This document shows, piece after piece, positions 1 through 13,798 of a DNA stretch of 64,000 nt; the stretch's first letter is position 1, and every line of letters begins with the position of its first letter. The notes beneath the pieces are model-generated. The model did no database searches. It was not told the origin of the DNA and saw only the letters and a list, made by a program, of their open reading frames with translations. The position numbers and the translations under genes are program-made. The DNA is from Mobula hypostoma (Eukaryota), in the NCBI RefSeq assembly GCF_963921235.1, contig NC_086101.1:3784001-3848000 (forward strand), in the 5' to 3' direction.

Positions 1-1302
1 ATGTCGCTGTCTATGGGTGACGTGCCGGAGGATTGGAGAGTGGCTCATGTTGTTCCGTTGTTTAAAAAAAGATCGAAAAGTAATACGGGAAGTTATAGGC
101 CGGTGAGATTAACGTCGGTAGTAGGTAAGTTATTGGAGGGAGTACTAAGAGACAGAATCTACAAGTATTTGGATAGACAGGGACTTATTAGGGAGAGTCA
201 ACACGGCGTTGTGCGTGGTAGGTCATGTTTGACCAATCTGTTGGAGTCTTTCGAGGAGGTTAGCAGGAAAGTGGATGAAGGGAAGGCAGTGGATATTGTC
301 TACATGGACATCAGTAAGGCCTTTGACAAGGTCCCGCATGGGAGGTTAGTTAGGAAAGTTCAGTCGCTAGGTATACATGGAGAGGTGGTAAATTGGATTA
401 GACATTGGCTCGATGGAAGAAGCCAGAGCGTGGTGGTAGAGAATTGCTTCTCCGAGTGGAGGCCTGTGACTAGTGGTGGGTCCATTGTTATTTGTCATCT
501 ATATCAATGATCTGGATGATAATGTGGTAAATTGGATCAGCAAGTTTGCTGATGATACAAAGATTGGAGGTGTAGTAGACAGTGAGGAAGGTTTTCAGAG
601 CCTGCAGAGGGACTTGGACAAGCTGGAAAAATGGACTAAAAAATGGCAGATGGAGTTTAATACAGACAAGTGTGAGGTATTGCACGTTGGAAGGACAAAC
701 TAACGTAGAACATACAGGTTTAATGGTAAGGCACTGAGGAGTGCAGTGGAACAGAGGGATCTGGGAATACAGATACAAAATTCCCTAAAAGAATCGTCAC
801 AGGTAGATAGGGTCGTAAAGAGAGCTTTTGGTACATTGGCCTTTATTAATCAAAGTATTGAGTATAAGAGCTGGAATGTTATGATGAGGTTGTATAAGGC
901 ATTGGTGAGGCCGAATCTGGAGTATTGTGTTCAGTTTTGGTCACCAAATACAGGAAGGATATAAATAAGGTTGAAAGAGTGCAGAGAAGGTTTACAAGGA
1001 TGTTGCCGGGACTTGAGAAACTCAGTTACAGAGAAAGGTTGAATAGGTTAGGACTTTATTCCCTGGAGCGTAGAAGAATGAGGGGAGATTTGATAGAGGT
1101 ATATAAAATTATGATGGGTATAGATAGAGTGAATGCAAGTAGGCTTTTTCCACTGAGGCAAGGGGAGAAAAAAAAAACAGAGGACATGGGTTAAGGGTGA
1201 GGGAGAAAAGTTTAAAGGGAACATTAGTTGGGGGCTTCTTCACACAGAGAGTGGTGGGAGTATGGAATGAGCTGTAGTTTCTATGGTTTCTATGGTTTCT
1301 AT
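1..1302 (+). mobile_element. CR1-clade LINE (subfamily A here), RT half of ORF2 plus 3' tail, decayed; runs off the window start
   Basis: Translations with EDWRVAHVVPLFKK, KAFDKVPH, KFADDTK, LEYCVQFWSP; stops/frameshifts; tail TTCTATGGTTTCTATGGTTTCTAT ending ~1302. Confidence 0.95.
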
Positions 1303-1524
1303 TTAGCGCTTTTCAAGGACAGTCGGTGGGCAGTAAATGTTGGTGCTGCTGTCGACGCCCACATTCCAGAAACAATGAATTCTTGCCCCTCATTTTATAC
1401 TTTGACAATAAATTTACCCTACAATGATGCCCCCTGAACCGGTGTGGATGACGTCACTCTCCTCAGCTCTGAACTGATTCCAGCAGCTTTCCAGCACTCC
1501 AGCGTTTATTTATTATTTGTATCT

Positions 1525-2610
1525 CTGACTGGACGCCTGTGACTAGTGATGTGCCCCAGGGATCAGTGCTGGGTCCATTGCTGTTTGTCTTCAATATCAA
1601 CGATCTGCATGATAGTGTGGTAACCAGGGTCATCAGACTGGGGCACAGTGGACAGCGAGGAAGACTATCAAAGCTTACAGCGAGATCTGGTCCAGCTGGA
1701 AAAATAGACTGAAAACGGCAGATGGAATTTAATGGAAACAAGTGAGGTGTTGCACAGACACCTCACACAAAATGCTGCAGGAACTCAGCAGGCCCGACAC
1801 GTCGACTGTACTCTTTTCCATAGATGCTGCCTGGCCTGCTGAGTTCCTCCAGCATTTTGTGTGTGTTACTAGGAATTACAGGGTGAATGTCAGTGCACTG
1901 AGGACTGTCGTATAACAGAGGAATCTGGGAATACAGATCCGGAATTCCCTGAAAGTGGCGTCTCAGGTACAAAGGTTGTAAAGAAAGTGTTTGGCACAGT
2001 GTCTTTTTATATATCAAAGTACCCTTTGAGTTCTGGAGTTGGGATATTATGTTGAAGTTGCATAAGATGTTGGTGAGGCTTAATTTGGAAATTGTGTGCC
2101 CCCCTGGTCACCTACCTACAGGAAAGATATCAATAAGTTCTAAAGAACACAGAGAAAATTTACAAGGATGTGCCGGGACGTGAGGACCTAAGCCACTGGG
2201 AAAGGTTGAATAGGTGAGGACAATTCCCTGGAGCTCAGGTGAACGAGGACCGATTTGATAGAGATCTACACAATTATGAGTGGAACAGTATATATCGGGT
2301 AAATACATGCAGAGTTCTCTACTCTGTTTGGATGGGACTACAACTACAGTTCACAGGTTAAGGGTGAAGGGTGAAACATGTCAGGGGAAGCTGGAGTGTT
2401 TACTGAGAGAGTGATGCGAGTGCGGAACGAGCTGCCTGTGGAAGTGGTTCGATTTCAATATCTAGTTTGGGTAAGTTCATGCATGGGAAGGGTATGGTGG
2501 ACTATTATCCAGGTGCAGGTCAGTGAGACTCGGCAGAATAACAGCGCGCATAACTAGATGGGCCGAAGGGTCAGTTTCTCTGCTGTAGTGCTCTGTGATT
2601 CGATGACTAT
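1525..2610 (+). mobile_element. Old degenerate CR1 3' fragment, interrupted by a Penelope-derived fold-back
   Basis: GTGACTAGTGATGTGCCCCAGGGATCAGTGCTGGG RT motif and CR1-type 3' end GGGCCGAAGGG...CTGCTGTAG. Confidence 0.8.
1764..1865. mobile_element. Short fold-back of a Penelope-like element end
   Basis: CACACAAAATGCTGCAGGAACTCAGCAGGCC ... GGCCTGCTGAGTTCCTCCAGCATTTTGTGTG inverted arms; the same sequence ends the GIY-YIG elements at 16.2-17.4 kb and 50.7 kb. Confidence 0.75.
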
Positions 2611-2807
2611 TTACAGAAACTGTTCTTTTAAATATTGTATTTGTTTATTTATGATAAGATTCCCCAAAATTCTATTGTATTTACTTATTTCGCGGCAAAC
2701 ACTGACAAGAAAATGAATTTCAAGGTGATACATCGTGACGTCTGCGCACTTTGATAATAAATTGACTTCGCTCCAGCAGAGTCGCGGCATTTCGAGCCTG
2801 CCGTTCC

Positions 2808-2837
2808 TGCAGTACCGGTTCACAGCAGCAGGTGGCG
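2808..2837 (+). promoter_or_regulatory. Putative CTCF site (core plus upstream motif), forward
   Basis: TGCAGTACC-GGTTC-ACA-GCAGCAGGTGGCG matches upstream motif TGCAGTNCC, spacer and core CCASYAGRKGGCR with one core mismatch. Confidence 0.65.
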
Positions 2838-2873
2838 ATCCTGCGCCGTGAAACTGCACCGATACTTTATAAT

Positions 2874-5655
2874 TATAGAAACCATAGAAAAACTACAGTG
2901 CAGAAACAGGCCTTTTTCAGTGGAAAAAGCCTGATTGCATTCACTCTATTTATACTCATCATAATTTTATATACTTCGATCAAATCTCCCCTCATTCTTC
3001 TACGCTCCAGGGAATAAAGTCCTAAACCTATTCAACCTTTCTCTGTAACTGAGTTTCTCAAGTCCCGGCAACATCCTTGAAAACCTTCTCTGCACTCTTT
3101 CAACCTTACTAATATCCTTCCTGTAATTTGGTGACCAAAACTGAACACAATACTCCAGATTCGGCCTCACCAATGCCGTATGCAATCTCATCATAACATT
3201 CCAGCTCTTATACTCAGTACTTTGATTAATAAAGGCCAATGTACCAAAAGCTCTCTTTACGACCCTATCTACATGTGACGCCACTTTTAGGGAATTTTGT
3301 ATCTGTATTTCCAGATCCCTCTGTTCTACTGCACTCCTCAGTGCCTTACCATTTTTCCTGTATGTTCTACCTTGGTTTGTCCTTCCAACGTGCAATACCT
3401 CACTGTTTTAAACTCCATCTGCCTTTTTTAGCCCATTTTCCCAGCTGGTCGAAATCCCTCTGCAAGCATTGAAAACCTTCTTCACTGTTCACTACACCTC
3501 CAATCTTTGTATCATCAGCAAATTTGCTGATCCAATTTACCATATTATCTTCCAGATCATTGATATAGATGACAAATAACAATGGACCCAGCACTGATCC
3601 CTGTGGCACACCACTAGTCGGAGCCCTCCACTCGGAGAAGCAATTCTCTACCACCACTCTTCGGCTTCTTCCACTGAGTCAATGTCTAATCCAATTTGCA
3701 ACCTCTCCATATATACCTAGCGACTGAATTTTCCTAACTAACCTGCCATGCGGGACCTTGTCAAAGGCCTTACTGAAGTCCATGTAGACAACATCCACTG
3801 CCTTCCCTTCATCCACTTTCCTGGTAACCTCCTCGAAAAACTCCAGTAGATTGGTCAAACATGACCTACCACGCACAAAGCCATATTGACTCTCCATAAT
3901 AAGTCCCTGTCTATCCAAATACTTGTAGATTCTGTCTCTTAGTACTCCCTCCAATAACTTACCCACTACCGACGTCAAACTTACCGGCCTATAATTTCTC
4001 GGATTACTTTTCGATCCTTTTTTAAACAACGAAACAACATGAGCCATTCTCCAATCCTCCGGCACCTCACCCGTAGACACCGACATTTTAAATACATCTG
4101 CCAGGGCCCCTGCAATTTCAACACTAGTCTCCTTCAAGGAGGGAATACCCTGTCAGCTCCTGGGGATTTATCCACTTTAATTTTCCTCAAGACAGCAAGC
4201 ACCTCCTCCTTTTCAATCTGTAGTTTCCATGATCTACTTACTTTTTTCCCTTAATTCCATAGACTTCATGCTAGTTTCCTTCGTAAATACAGACGCAAAA
4301 AACCCATTTAAGATCTCCCCCATTTCTTTTCGTTCCGCACATACCCGACTACTCTGATCTTCAAGAGGACCAATTTTATCCCTTACAATCATTTTACTCT
4401 TAATATACCTGTAAAGGCTCTTTGCATTATCCTTCACTTTGACTGCCAAGGCAACCTCATGTCTTCTTTTAGTCCTCCTGATTTCCTTCTTAAGTATTTT
4501 CTTGCACTTTTTATACCCCTCAAGCACCTTATTTACTTCCTGTTTCCTATACATATCATACAACTCTCTCCTTCTTTATCAGAGTTGCAATATCCCTTGA
4601 GGACCAAGGTTCCTAATTCCTTTTCAATTTGCCTTTAATCCTGACAGGAACATACAAGCTTTGCACACTCAGAAGTTCTCCTTTGAAAGCTTCCCACTTA
4701 CCGATTACTTCCTTGCCAGAGAACAACCTGTCCCAATCCACGCCTTTTCGATCCTTTCTCATTTCTTCAAATTTGGCCTTCTTCCAGTTTAGAACCTCAA
4801 CCCTAGGACCAGATCTATCCTTGTCCATGATCAAGTTGAAACTAATGGTGTTATGATTACTGGAACCAAAGTGCTCCCCTACACAGACTTCCGTCACTTG
4901 TCCTAACTCGTTTCCTAACAGGAGATCTAATATTGCATCCTCTCTAGTTGGTCCCTCTATATATTGATTTAGAAAACTTTCCTGAACACATTTTACAAAC
5001 TCTAACCCATCTAGACCCCTAACAGTATGGGAGTCCCAATCAATATGAGGAAAGTTAAAATCCCCTAACACCACAACTTTATGTTTCCTGCAGTTCTCTG
5101 CTATCTCTCGAAAGATTTGCTCCTCCACTTCTCGCTGACGACTGGGTGGTCGATAATACAAGCCCACTAATGTGGCCATACCTTTCCTGTTTCTCAGCCG
5201 CACCCATAAGGACTCAGTAAACAAGCCCTCTAATCTGTCCTGCCTGAGCACTGCTGTAACATTTTCCCTGACAAGCAATACTGCCACCCCACCCCCACAA
5301 CAACAGCTTTCATTCCTCTGCCTCCATCACATCTGAAAAATCGGAACCCTGGAATATTAAGCTGCCAGTCCTGCCCCTCCTGTAGCCAAGTTTCACTAAT
5401 TGCTAGAATGTCGTAATTCCACGTGTCAATCCACGCCCTCAACTCCTCCGCCTCCCCCGCAATACTCCTAGCATTGAAATATATACACCTCAGAAGATTT
5501 TTACCACCACTCACAACCTTTCTATTTGTGGCTTTACTTGAACTTTTAACATCATTTATTTACACCCCAGTCCCACTGTCAGCTCTGGCACTCTGGTTCC
5601 CATCCCGCTGCAAATCTAGTTTAAAGCCTCCCCAATAGCACTAACAAACCTCCCG
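2874..5655 (-). mobile_element. CR1 subfamily A: ORF1 end plus APE and RT of ORF2, decayed
   Basis: Minus-strand ORFs with YFNARS, ISETWL, GDFNFP, KAFDKVPH, KFADDTK; tail ATAGAAACCATAGAA at ~2874; internal 3' deletion at ~2915. Confidence 0.95.
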
Positions 5656-5730
5656 TTTGTCGCCAAACAATTGATACTAGAACGTACAATCATCATAGCG
5701 ATATTTGATTCTGCGCTTCCCGCTCCCTGA
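5656..5730 (-). mobile_element. 3' UTR fragment of a Rex1/Babar-like LINE, split by the CR1 insertion
   Basis: Matches 21985-22058 (GTCGCCAAACAATTGATAC...); its TACTTTATA tail lies at ~2863, on the far side of the CR1. Confidence 0.65.
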
Positions 5731-6111
5731 ATCTTCCGGCTGTTCATCATCCTCATCCTCACATTGATCGCGGCACTGCAATGAACTGAACTTTCTCACA
5801 TTAATCAGCTGGATTGGCGGAGTCCTGAATTCAGGACATTCACAAAGATGAACCACGGGTTTACAAAGCGTAGAACATCAGACGGGACGAAAAAGCGGAT
5901 GTTGGAAAAATCAATAAACTTCCCACCTTCCACACCCATCTTCACTTTAAGGACAGGCACGTAATCTGACCTCGTCAATCACCCTTGGCTCCACACACAC
6001 ACACTGATCCTGAAGCGGACCTTTCTATCCCGAGTTATAGTTCTGTTCCTAATACGATTCTAAAATCCTCCACCACTCACCTTTACAAATCCGAGAGACT
6101 GCCGGAGAAGA

Positions 6112-6141
6112 TGCATTTCCCTGTGCGGCCAGCAGGTGGGG
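6112..6141 (+). promoter_or_regulatory. Putative CTCF site (core plus upstream motif), forward
   Basis: TGCATTTCC-CTGTG-CGG-CCAGCAGGTGGGG, same spacing as the 2808 site but unrelated flanks. Confidence 0.6.
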
Positions 6142-6259
6142 GAATTGCTCCAGTTATTCTGCCTTCACCCTGTCGGGACGGAGTGCGTCAACAGATGCCA
6201 GGTACACACTCGCTGCTCCCCACTGTCCAGTAGGAGTTGTGGAGAATTACTCTCCTTGT

Positions 6260-7945
6260 TCTCAGTGTAGGAATGTCAATACCGGGAGTAAATATAAGGT
6301 GAGAGGAGAGGTTTAGAGGAGATTGATGAGGCACACAGAGAATGGTCGGTGCCTGGAACGTGCTGCCAGGGGAGGAGGTGGAAGCAGAGACAACAACAAC
6401 ATTTCAGTCACATTTAGACAGACACATGAACAGACAGGGAATGGAGGGTTGTGGACCATGTACAGGCAGATGGGATGAGATTGAATTGGCACAATATTCA
6501 GCACAGATTTGTGGGCCGAATGGCCTGTTCCTGTCTTTTATTGTTCAATGTTCTATGTTCGGCAGTTGTGGACGCAGCAGTCAACAACAACAACTGATAT
6601 TTCGGTACAGTCGCAGTGTAAATGCAGTAAAGTGTCCCTGGCGCTTACACAGACGTGTTTCTCACTGGATACAAAAACAATGAATACAACAAACTCTGCA
6701 TACTGTTACATGCATTGGAGACAGTGGAGTGAATACAGTCAACACGGGGTACAGAGGATGCTCTACACAGAGTGCACGTGTTACCCCTCCCCTGTGTAAT
6801 CCAATGGACAGAAGACCTAAAAATTAATAGACACAAAGATCGATTTGTGTTTCATGAAAGTAAGAAACAGGACAAGAAGTGGCCATTCGTCCCCTTTCAT
6901 CTGTTCTACTCTTCAATCAGAACTTTGCTGATCATTGACTTCAGTGCCAATTTCCTGCACCATCCCATCATCGCTGTGCCCTTTAAGTCCAGAAATCTTT
7001 TGTCGAGAATTCCAAAGGTACACCGCACACTGGGTGAGGAATTTTCCCTCATCTCTGTGCTGCTGAGGCGACCTCTTATTGTGAGTCTGTGACCCCTGGT
7101 TCCACACCCCATCCAGGGGAAACATCATTCCTGCCTCTACCCTATCAATACCCAGTGAGACTGTGTCTGTGCCAGTGAGACCACCTCTTATTCTTCTAAT
7201 TATGAGACAGTCTCAGTCAGTGTCATCTCCCTGAGGACACAACGTGAAGGGTAAAGCTTTAAAGCAAGAGGGTCAAAGCTGAATCGGGATGTTCAAGGCA
7301 TGGTTTTGGACACAATGAGTGGTATCTTCCTGGAATGTGCGGCTGGGATGGGGAGTGTGGAAGCAGATACGAGCGTGATGTTTAACAGGCAATTAAACAG
7401 GGAAATGAACAGACAGGGAATGGAGGATATGGATCATTTGCAGGCAAACGTGATGACATCATGGTCAGCATAGACAGCGTGGGTAGAATAGCCTGTTCCT
7501 GTACTGTACTGCTCTGTGTTCAGTGTTTGAAATATGACAGCCAGGGGCCCAGCAATTTCTTCCCTGGATTCCCATCATGTCAGAGGATACACTGGGTCAG
7601 ACCCTGGGATTTATTCAGCTTTATGTGTTCAAGCTGGCCAGCCTCCTTTGTAATGTCGTTATATTTCAGGACATTCGTATTCTCCTCCTTGAATTCCCCA
7701 GCTTCCATCACCTTCTCCACAGTAAATAGAGATGAGAAGTATTTATTTCAGACCTTGCCCATCTGCTGTGTCTCCACACATAGATGACCACACTGATCCT
7801 TCAAGGGACATATTCCATCACCAGTTACCCTTTTATTTTCCACAGACTCAAAGAATTTTTTGGAATCACCTTTATCTGACCTGCTAAACCTATCTTGTGT
7901 CCCCTTTATGACCACCTGATTTCCCCCTTTTAGTGTTCTCTGGCA
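6260..7945. mobile_element. Patchwork of old CR1 3' and ORF2 fragments on both strands
   Basis: MVGAWNVLPGEEVEA-type C-terminal peptides, GGGCCGAATGGCCTG hairpins, minus-strand PLKDQCGHLCVE peptide. Confidence 0.7.
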
Positions 7946-8747
7946 CGTGACCAGCAACAAAGAATATAGAATTGAGTTGAGTCAGGTTTTATAAAACCAA
8001 TCAAACATTTATTAAACTCTGCTCAATATATTAAAAAAAACAAACGAAAAATCTTAACCGGAAGTAAACTGCTTCTTAAAGAAAACAGTTCTTAAAGTGG
8101 TACATTCAAACACAGTTCTTAGAATGGTAAATTCGAAAGTGCAAGAGATTTATACAGTCAATTAGGAGAGACTTTCCTGAAGTAAAGAATTCCTCGAAGA
8201 CACGACGTCACGCAAGTCCCAGCCGAATCCTGCCTTGTCCGCAGGATTCATGATGACGGAAATAAAACGGTCTAAAGGCACTGACCTTTACCTCTAGATA
8301 CTAGATCCTACACAGCCTTTTCTGTTACTTTTAGCAGAGGTTATCTCATGCAGATTACTATTTCTTGAACGAATTCAATAATGGTTGATCCTTTCAACCG
8401 CTGAACGACTCCTTCAGGTTCCTGTCTTCACTCTCCAATACTACTGAAAAGATACATCAACAAACCTGGCAGCGACTGGTTAAACTGCCGGCCCAACATT
8501 TGTACCTTACAATAGAATGTAAAACTCCGTTCTAAATCGAAACTGCGTCATAAAGCAAATACGCAGTGGAGCGGAGTATCTGGCTAACGTTCTAACTAGA
8601 AAACTAACTGCATTACCAGGGGTCCACACTTACATACCTGGTAAGACCAGGTCATCATGTGACCTCACATCGGAGAGAAAATTACATCAGGTGACCTCCA
8701 AAAGACAATTACATTATCCTCATAAGACAGTCACAAGATATCCATGA
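7946..8747 (-). mobile_element. Non-coding insertion into a CR1, possibly a degenerate solo LTR
   Basis: Interrupts a minus-strand CR1 that resumes at ~8752; GGCA at 7942-7945 and 8748-8751 may be a 4-bp TSD; minus-strand AATAAA near 8010; ends lack clean TG..CA. Confidence 0.4.
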
Positions 8748-9154
8748 GGCATATCCATCTCCTACACCCCTTCTCCTCCTCGAGGACCCCAGTCTCTTTC
8801 CCCTGACACACGACTCCATCCTGTCCAGAGCCTCAATGACCCTCGTCAGCCAGGGTTTCCTCATCCCTCCAGTCTCGCCATTCACTCTGACAGGGACAGG
8901 CTGATCTTGAACCTTTACAGACTCAGTTTTAAAGCCGCTCACTTGCCGGATGTCTGTTTACTTGGGACCACACTGCTGTTCAACACCTTCATTTATTCCC
9001 TGACCCCTTCTATCCTCCCTCAGTTCAGTCTGTTCACAGCTCTGAACATCAGAAATAGCAGCAAGAGGAGGCTGTTCAGCCCCTCACACCTGCTGTCCCA
9101 TTGAATAGAATCAAAACTACCTCACTGTGCTACAGATGCAAAGGACATGGCAGA

Positions 9155-12130
9155 AATCCAGGTCAAAAATCAAAAAGGGCTACTTTTCAACATAATTGTA
9201 TAAGGGCTAAGAGTGTTGTAAAAGCAAGCCTGAAAGTTTTGTGTGTCAATGCAAGGAGCATTCGTAATAAGGTGGATGAATTTAAAGTGCAGATTGTTAT
9301 TAATGAATATGATATAGTTGGGATCACAGAGACATGGCTCCTGGGTGACCAAGGATGGGAGTTCAACATTCAGGGATATTCAATATTCAGGAGGGATAGA
9401 CATGAAAGAAAAGGAGGTGGGGTGGCGTTGCTGGTTAAAGAGGAGATTAACGTAATAGAAAGGCAGGACATTTGCTGGGAGGATGTGGAATAGATATGGG
9501 TAGAGCTGCATAACACTAAGGGGCAGAAAACGCTGGTAGGAGTTGTGTACAGTCACCTAACAGTAATAGTGAGGTTGGGGATGGTATTAAATAGGAAATT
9601 AGAAATGTGTGCAATAAAGGAACAGCAGTTATAATGGGGGACTTCAATCTTCAATATAGATTGGGTGAACCAAATTGGCGAGGGTGCTGAGGAAGAAGAT
9701 TTCTTGGAATGTATGCGGGATGATTTTTTGAACCAACATGTCGAGGAACCAACTAGAGAGCAGGTCATTCTAGATTGGGTATTGAGCAATGAGGAATGGT
9801 TAATTAGCAATCTTGTCGTGAGAGGCCCCTTGTGTAAGAGTGAACATAATATGGTGGAATTCATCATTAAGATGGAGAGTGACATAGTTAATTCAGAAAC
9901 AAAGGTTCTGAACTTAAAGAAGGGTAACTTTGAAGGTATGAGACATGAATTAGCTAAGATAGACAGGCAAATGACATTTAAAGGATTGACGGTGCATATG
10001 CAATGGCAAGCATTTAAAGATCGCATGGATGAACTATGACAATTGTTCATCCCAGTTTGGCAAAAGAATAAATCAGGGAAGGTAGTGCACCCGTGGCTGA
10101 CAAGGGAAATTAGGGATAGAATCAATTCCAAAGAAGAATCATACAAATTAGCCAGAAAAAGCGGCTCACCTGAAGACTGGGAGAAATTCAGAGTCCAGCA
10201 GAGGAGGACAAAGGGCTTAAATAGGAAAGGGAAAAGAGATTATGAGAGAAAACTGGCAGGGAACATAAAAACTGACTGTAAAAGCTTTTATAGATATATG
10301 AAAAGAAAAAGATTGGTTAAGACAAATGTAGGTCCCTTACAGACAGAAACAGGTGAATTGATTATGGGGAACAAGGACATGGCAGACTAATGGAAAAACT
10401 ACTTTGGTTCTGTCTTCACTAAGGAGGATATAAATAATTTTCCAGAAATAGTAGGGGACAGAGGGTCTAGTGAGATGGAGGAACTGAGGGAAATACATGT
10501 TAGTAGGGAAGTTGTGTAAGGTAAATTGAAGGGATTAAAGGCAGAGAATTCCCCAGGGCCAGATGGTCTGCATCCCAGAGTGCTTAAGGAAGTAGCCCAA
10601 GAAATAGTGGATGCATTAGTGATAATTTTTCAAAACTCTTTACATTCTGGACTAGTTCCTGAGGATTGGAGGGTGGCTAATGTAAGCCCACTTTTTAAAA
10701 AAGGAGGGAGAGAGAAACCGGGGAATTATAGACCGGTTAGCCTAACATCGGTGGTGGGGAAACTGCTAGAGTCAGTTATCAAAGATGTGATAACAGCACA
10801 TTTGGAAAGTGGTGAAATCATCGGACAAAGTCAGCATGGATTTGTGAAAGGAAAATCATGTCTGACGAATCTCATAGAATTTTTTGAGGATGTAACTAGT
10901 AGAGTGGATAGGGGAGAAACTGTGGATGTGGTATATTTGGATTTTCAAAAGGCTTTTGACAAGGTCCCACACAGGAGATTATTGTGCAAACTTAAAGTAC
11001 ACCGTATTGGGAGTAAAGTATTGATGTGGATAGAGAATTGGTTGGCAGACAGGAAGGAAAGAGGGGGAATAAACGGGACCTTTTCAGAATGGCAGGCGGT
11101 GACTAGTGGGGTACCGCAAGGCTCAGTGCTGGGACCCCAGTTGTTTACAATATATATTAATGACTTGGATGAGGGAATTAAATGCAGCATCTCCAAGTTT
11201 GCGGATGACACGAAGCTGGGTGGCAGTGTTAGCAGTGAGGAGGATGCTAGGAGGATGCAGGGTGACTTGGATAGGTTGGGTGAGTGGGCAAACTCATGGC
11301 AGATGCAATTTAATGTGGATAAATGTGAAGTTATCCACTTTGGTGGCAAAAATAGGAAAACAGATTATTATCTGAATGGTGGCCGATTAGGAAAAGGGGA
11401 GGTGCAACAAGACCTGGGTGTCATTATACACCAGTTATTGAAAGTGGGCATGCAGGTACAGCAGGCGGTGAAAAAGGCGAATGGTATGCTGGCATTCATA
11501 GCAAGAGGATTCGAGTACAGGAGCAGGGAGGTACTACTGCAGTTCCACAAGACCTTGGTGAGACCACACCTGGAGTATTGGATGCAGTTTTGGTCCCCTA
11601 ATCTGAGAAAGACATCCTTGCCATAGAGGGAGTACAAAGAAGGTTCACCAGATTGATTCCTGGGATGGCAGCCCTTTCATAGGACGAAAGACTGGATCGA
11701 CGAGGCTTATAATCATTGGAATTTAGAAGATCGAGGGGGGATCTTATTGAAACATATAAAATCCTAAAGGGATCGGACAGGCTAGATGCAGGAAGATTGT
11801 TCCCGATGTTGGGGAAGTCCAGAACGAGGGGTCACAGTTTGAGGATAAAGGGGAAGCCTTTTAGGACCGAGATTAGGAAAAACTTCTTCACACAGAGAGT
11901 GGTGAATCTGTGGAATTCTCTGCCACAGGAAACAGTTGAGGCCAGTTCATTGGCTATATTTAAGAGGGAGTTAGATATGGCCCTTGTGGCTAAAGGGATC
12001 GGGGGTATGGAGGGAAGGCTGGTGCAGGGTTCTGAGTTGCATGATCAGCCATGATCATACTGAATGGCGGTGCAGGCTCAAAGGGCCGAATGGCCTACTC
12101 CTGCACCTATTTTCTATGTTTCTATGTTTC
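9155..12130 (+). mobile_element. CR1 subfamily B, ORF2 (APE plus RT), decayed, with 3' tail
   Basis: VNARSIRNK, GITETWL, EDWRVANVSPLFKKG, KFADDTK; several stops; tail TTCTATGTTTCTATGTTTC. Confidence 0.95.
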
Positions 12131-13798
12131 AAGAAGTGGATGTGAGAGAGGAGGGGCAGTTGTGATGTTGATTCCGGAGAAGATCACCACAGCACTTAGA
12201 GAGATCCTTGTGGGGATAAACATTTGTTTGTGATAGGGGATAGAGGGTGGTGCCATGGTCAGTAATTTTATGGATGTGATATGAGAGTAGAAAACATTTA
12301 AGAAGAGCTGAAGAGAAACATTTTCCACAGGGAAGATGGAAAAAGCCGCAAGTGGATGTGAATTTGAACAGAAATCTTGCTGAAATCATATTCACCGCAT
12401 TATCAAACAATCAATCGCATTTCTTTTATGTTCTGATATATAGACTAATACATTAATGATTTGGATGAGAATGTGGGTGAGCTGATCAGTAAACTTGCAG
12501 ATGGTGGACAGTGAAGGTGTTTAATTATCATTCGAACATACCATATGACCCTAACATATAGAAGCTTAATGACCCACTGAGTCCGCTCTGCTATTTCAAC
12601 CTGGCTGATCCAATTTTCCTCTTTGTCCCAATCTCCTGCCTTCTCCCCGTGTCCCTTCATGTCCAGACCAATCAAAAATCTATCAACCTCGGCCTTAAAT
12701 ATAAATAAAGACTTGACCTCCACAGCTGCCTGTGGCAAAAACATTCCACAGATTCACCACCCTCTGGCTAAAGAAATGTCTCCTCATCTCCATTCTTAAA
12801 GGACGCACCCTACGTTCTGAAGCTGTGTCTTCTGGTTTTAGACTCTCCCACCATAGGAAACATTCTCTACACATGCACTCTATCATAACGGCCTTTCACC
12901 ATTCGATAGTTTGCAATGAGACTGCAGGGTGACCTTATAGAGGAGTATAAAATTGTGAGTGACACAGATGCCAAAGACTATCACAAATGGAAACATTTTA
13001 ATGGGTTGCCTCACCATCTAGTACGGAGGGGTCACTGCACAGGACTGGGAAAAGCTGCAGAAAGTTGTAAACTCACCAAGCTCCATCATGGACATTGGTG
13101 TCCCCAGCATCGAGTATACCATCAGCAGGTGATGCCTCAGAAAGGTGGCACCCATCATTCAGGACCCCCAGTCACCCAGGACAGACCCCTTCTGATTGCA
13201 GTCATCACGGGGGAGGTACTGCAGCCTAAAGACACACACTCAGTGGTTTTGGAATAATATCTCCCCTTCCACCATCAGATTTCTGTACGGACAGTGAACC
13301 CCAGAACACTTCCTCAGCTCTTTTCTCCTTTGGCTCTAGGTACTAATTTTTATTTTATATACATTTCTTCTTGTAACTTAATAGTTTATTATCATTATTA
13401 TGTATTGCACTGTACAGCTGAAGATGTGCAGAGGGTGCAGAGATTTACAGGACGCTGCCTCGATTGGGGAGCATGTTTAATGAGGAAAGGTTGAGCGAGA
13501 TAGATTTCACAACAGTTAAAACTTCCCAATGCGTAACGGCCATCAACGACGTATATTCAGAAAGGTGCTGGGAAAGGGCCAGGAACATCATGAAGGAACA
13601 CACACACCTTGCTCACGAACTGTTTGTCCCACTCCCCTCAGGGAGGAGGCTATGTAGCATCCACGTCAGGACAACCAGACTCAGAAACAGTGACTTTCCC
13701 CAAGCAGAAAGACCGAACAACACCTCCACTCACTAACCCTCCCCTGCAATCTACCACCAGCACTACTTTATCATTTCCTGTCAGAGTCACCTTATGTA
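12131..13798. mobile_element. Old CR1 and Rex1/Babar-like fragments
   Basis: FFSQRVVNLWN (CR1, minus) and HELFVPLPSGRRLCSI...RLRNSDFPQA (Rex-like C-terminus, plus). Confidence 0.7.

Larger units (their letters stand above)
1303..5457 (+). repeat. Segmental duplication copy 1 (paralogue at ~59863-64000)
   Basis: Colinear sequence including non-TE DNA, the same fold-back insert, the same CTCF-like motif and the same internal CR1 deletion; offset about 58.56 kb. Confidence 0.95.

Noticed and set aside
6138..6151. NF-kB-like GGGGGAATTGCTCC
   Set aside because: 3' half does not fit GGGRNNYYCC and it overlaps the CTCF-like core.
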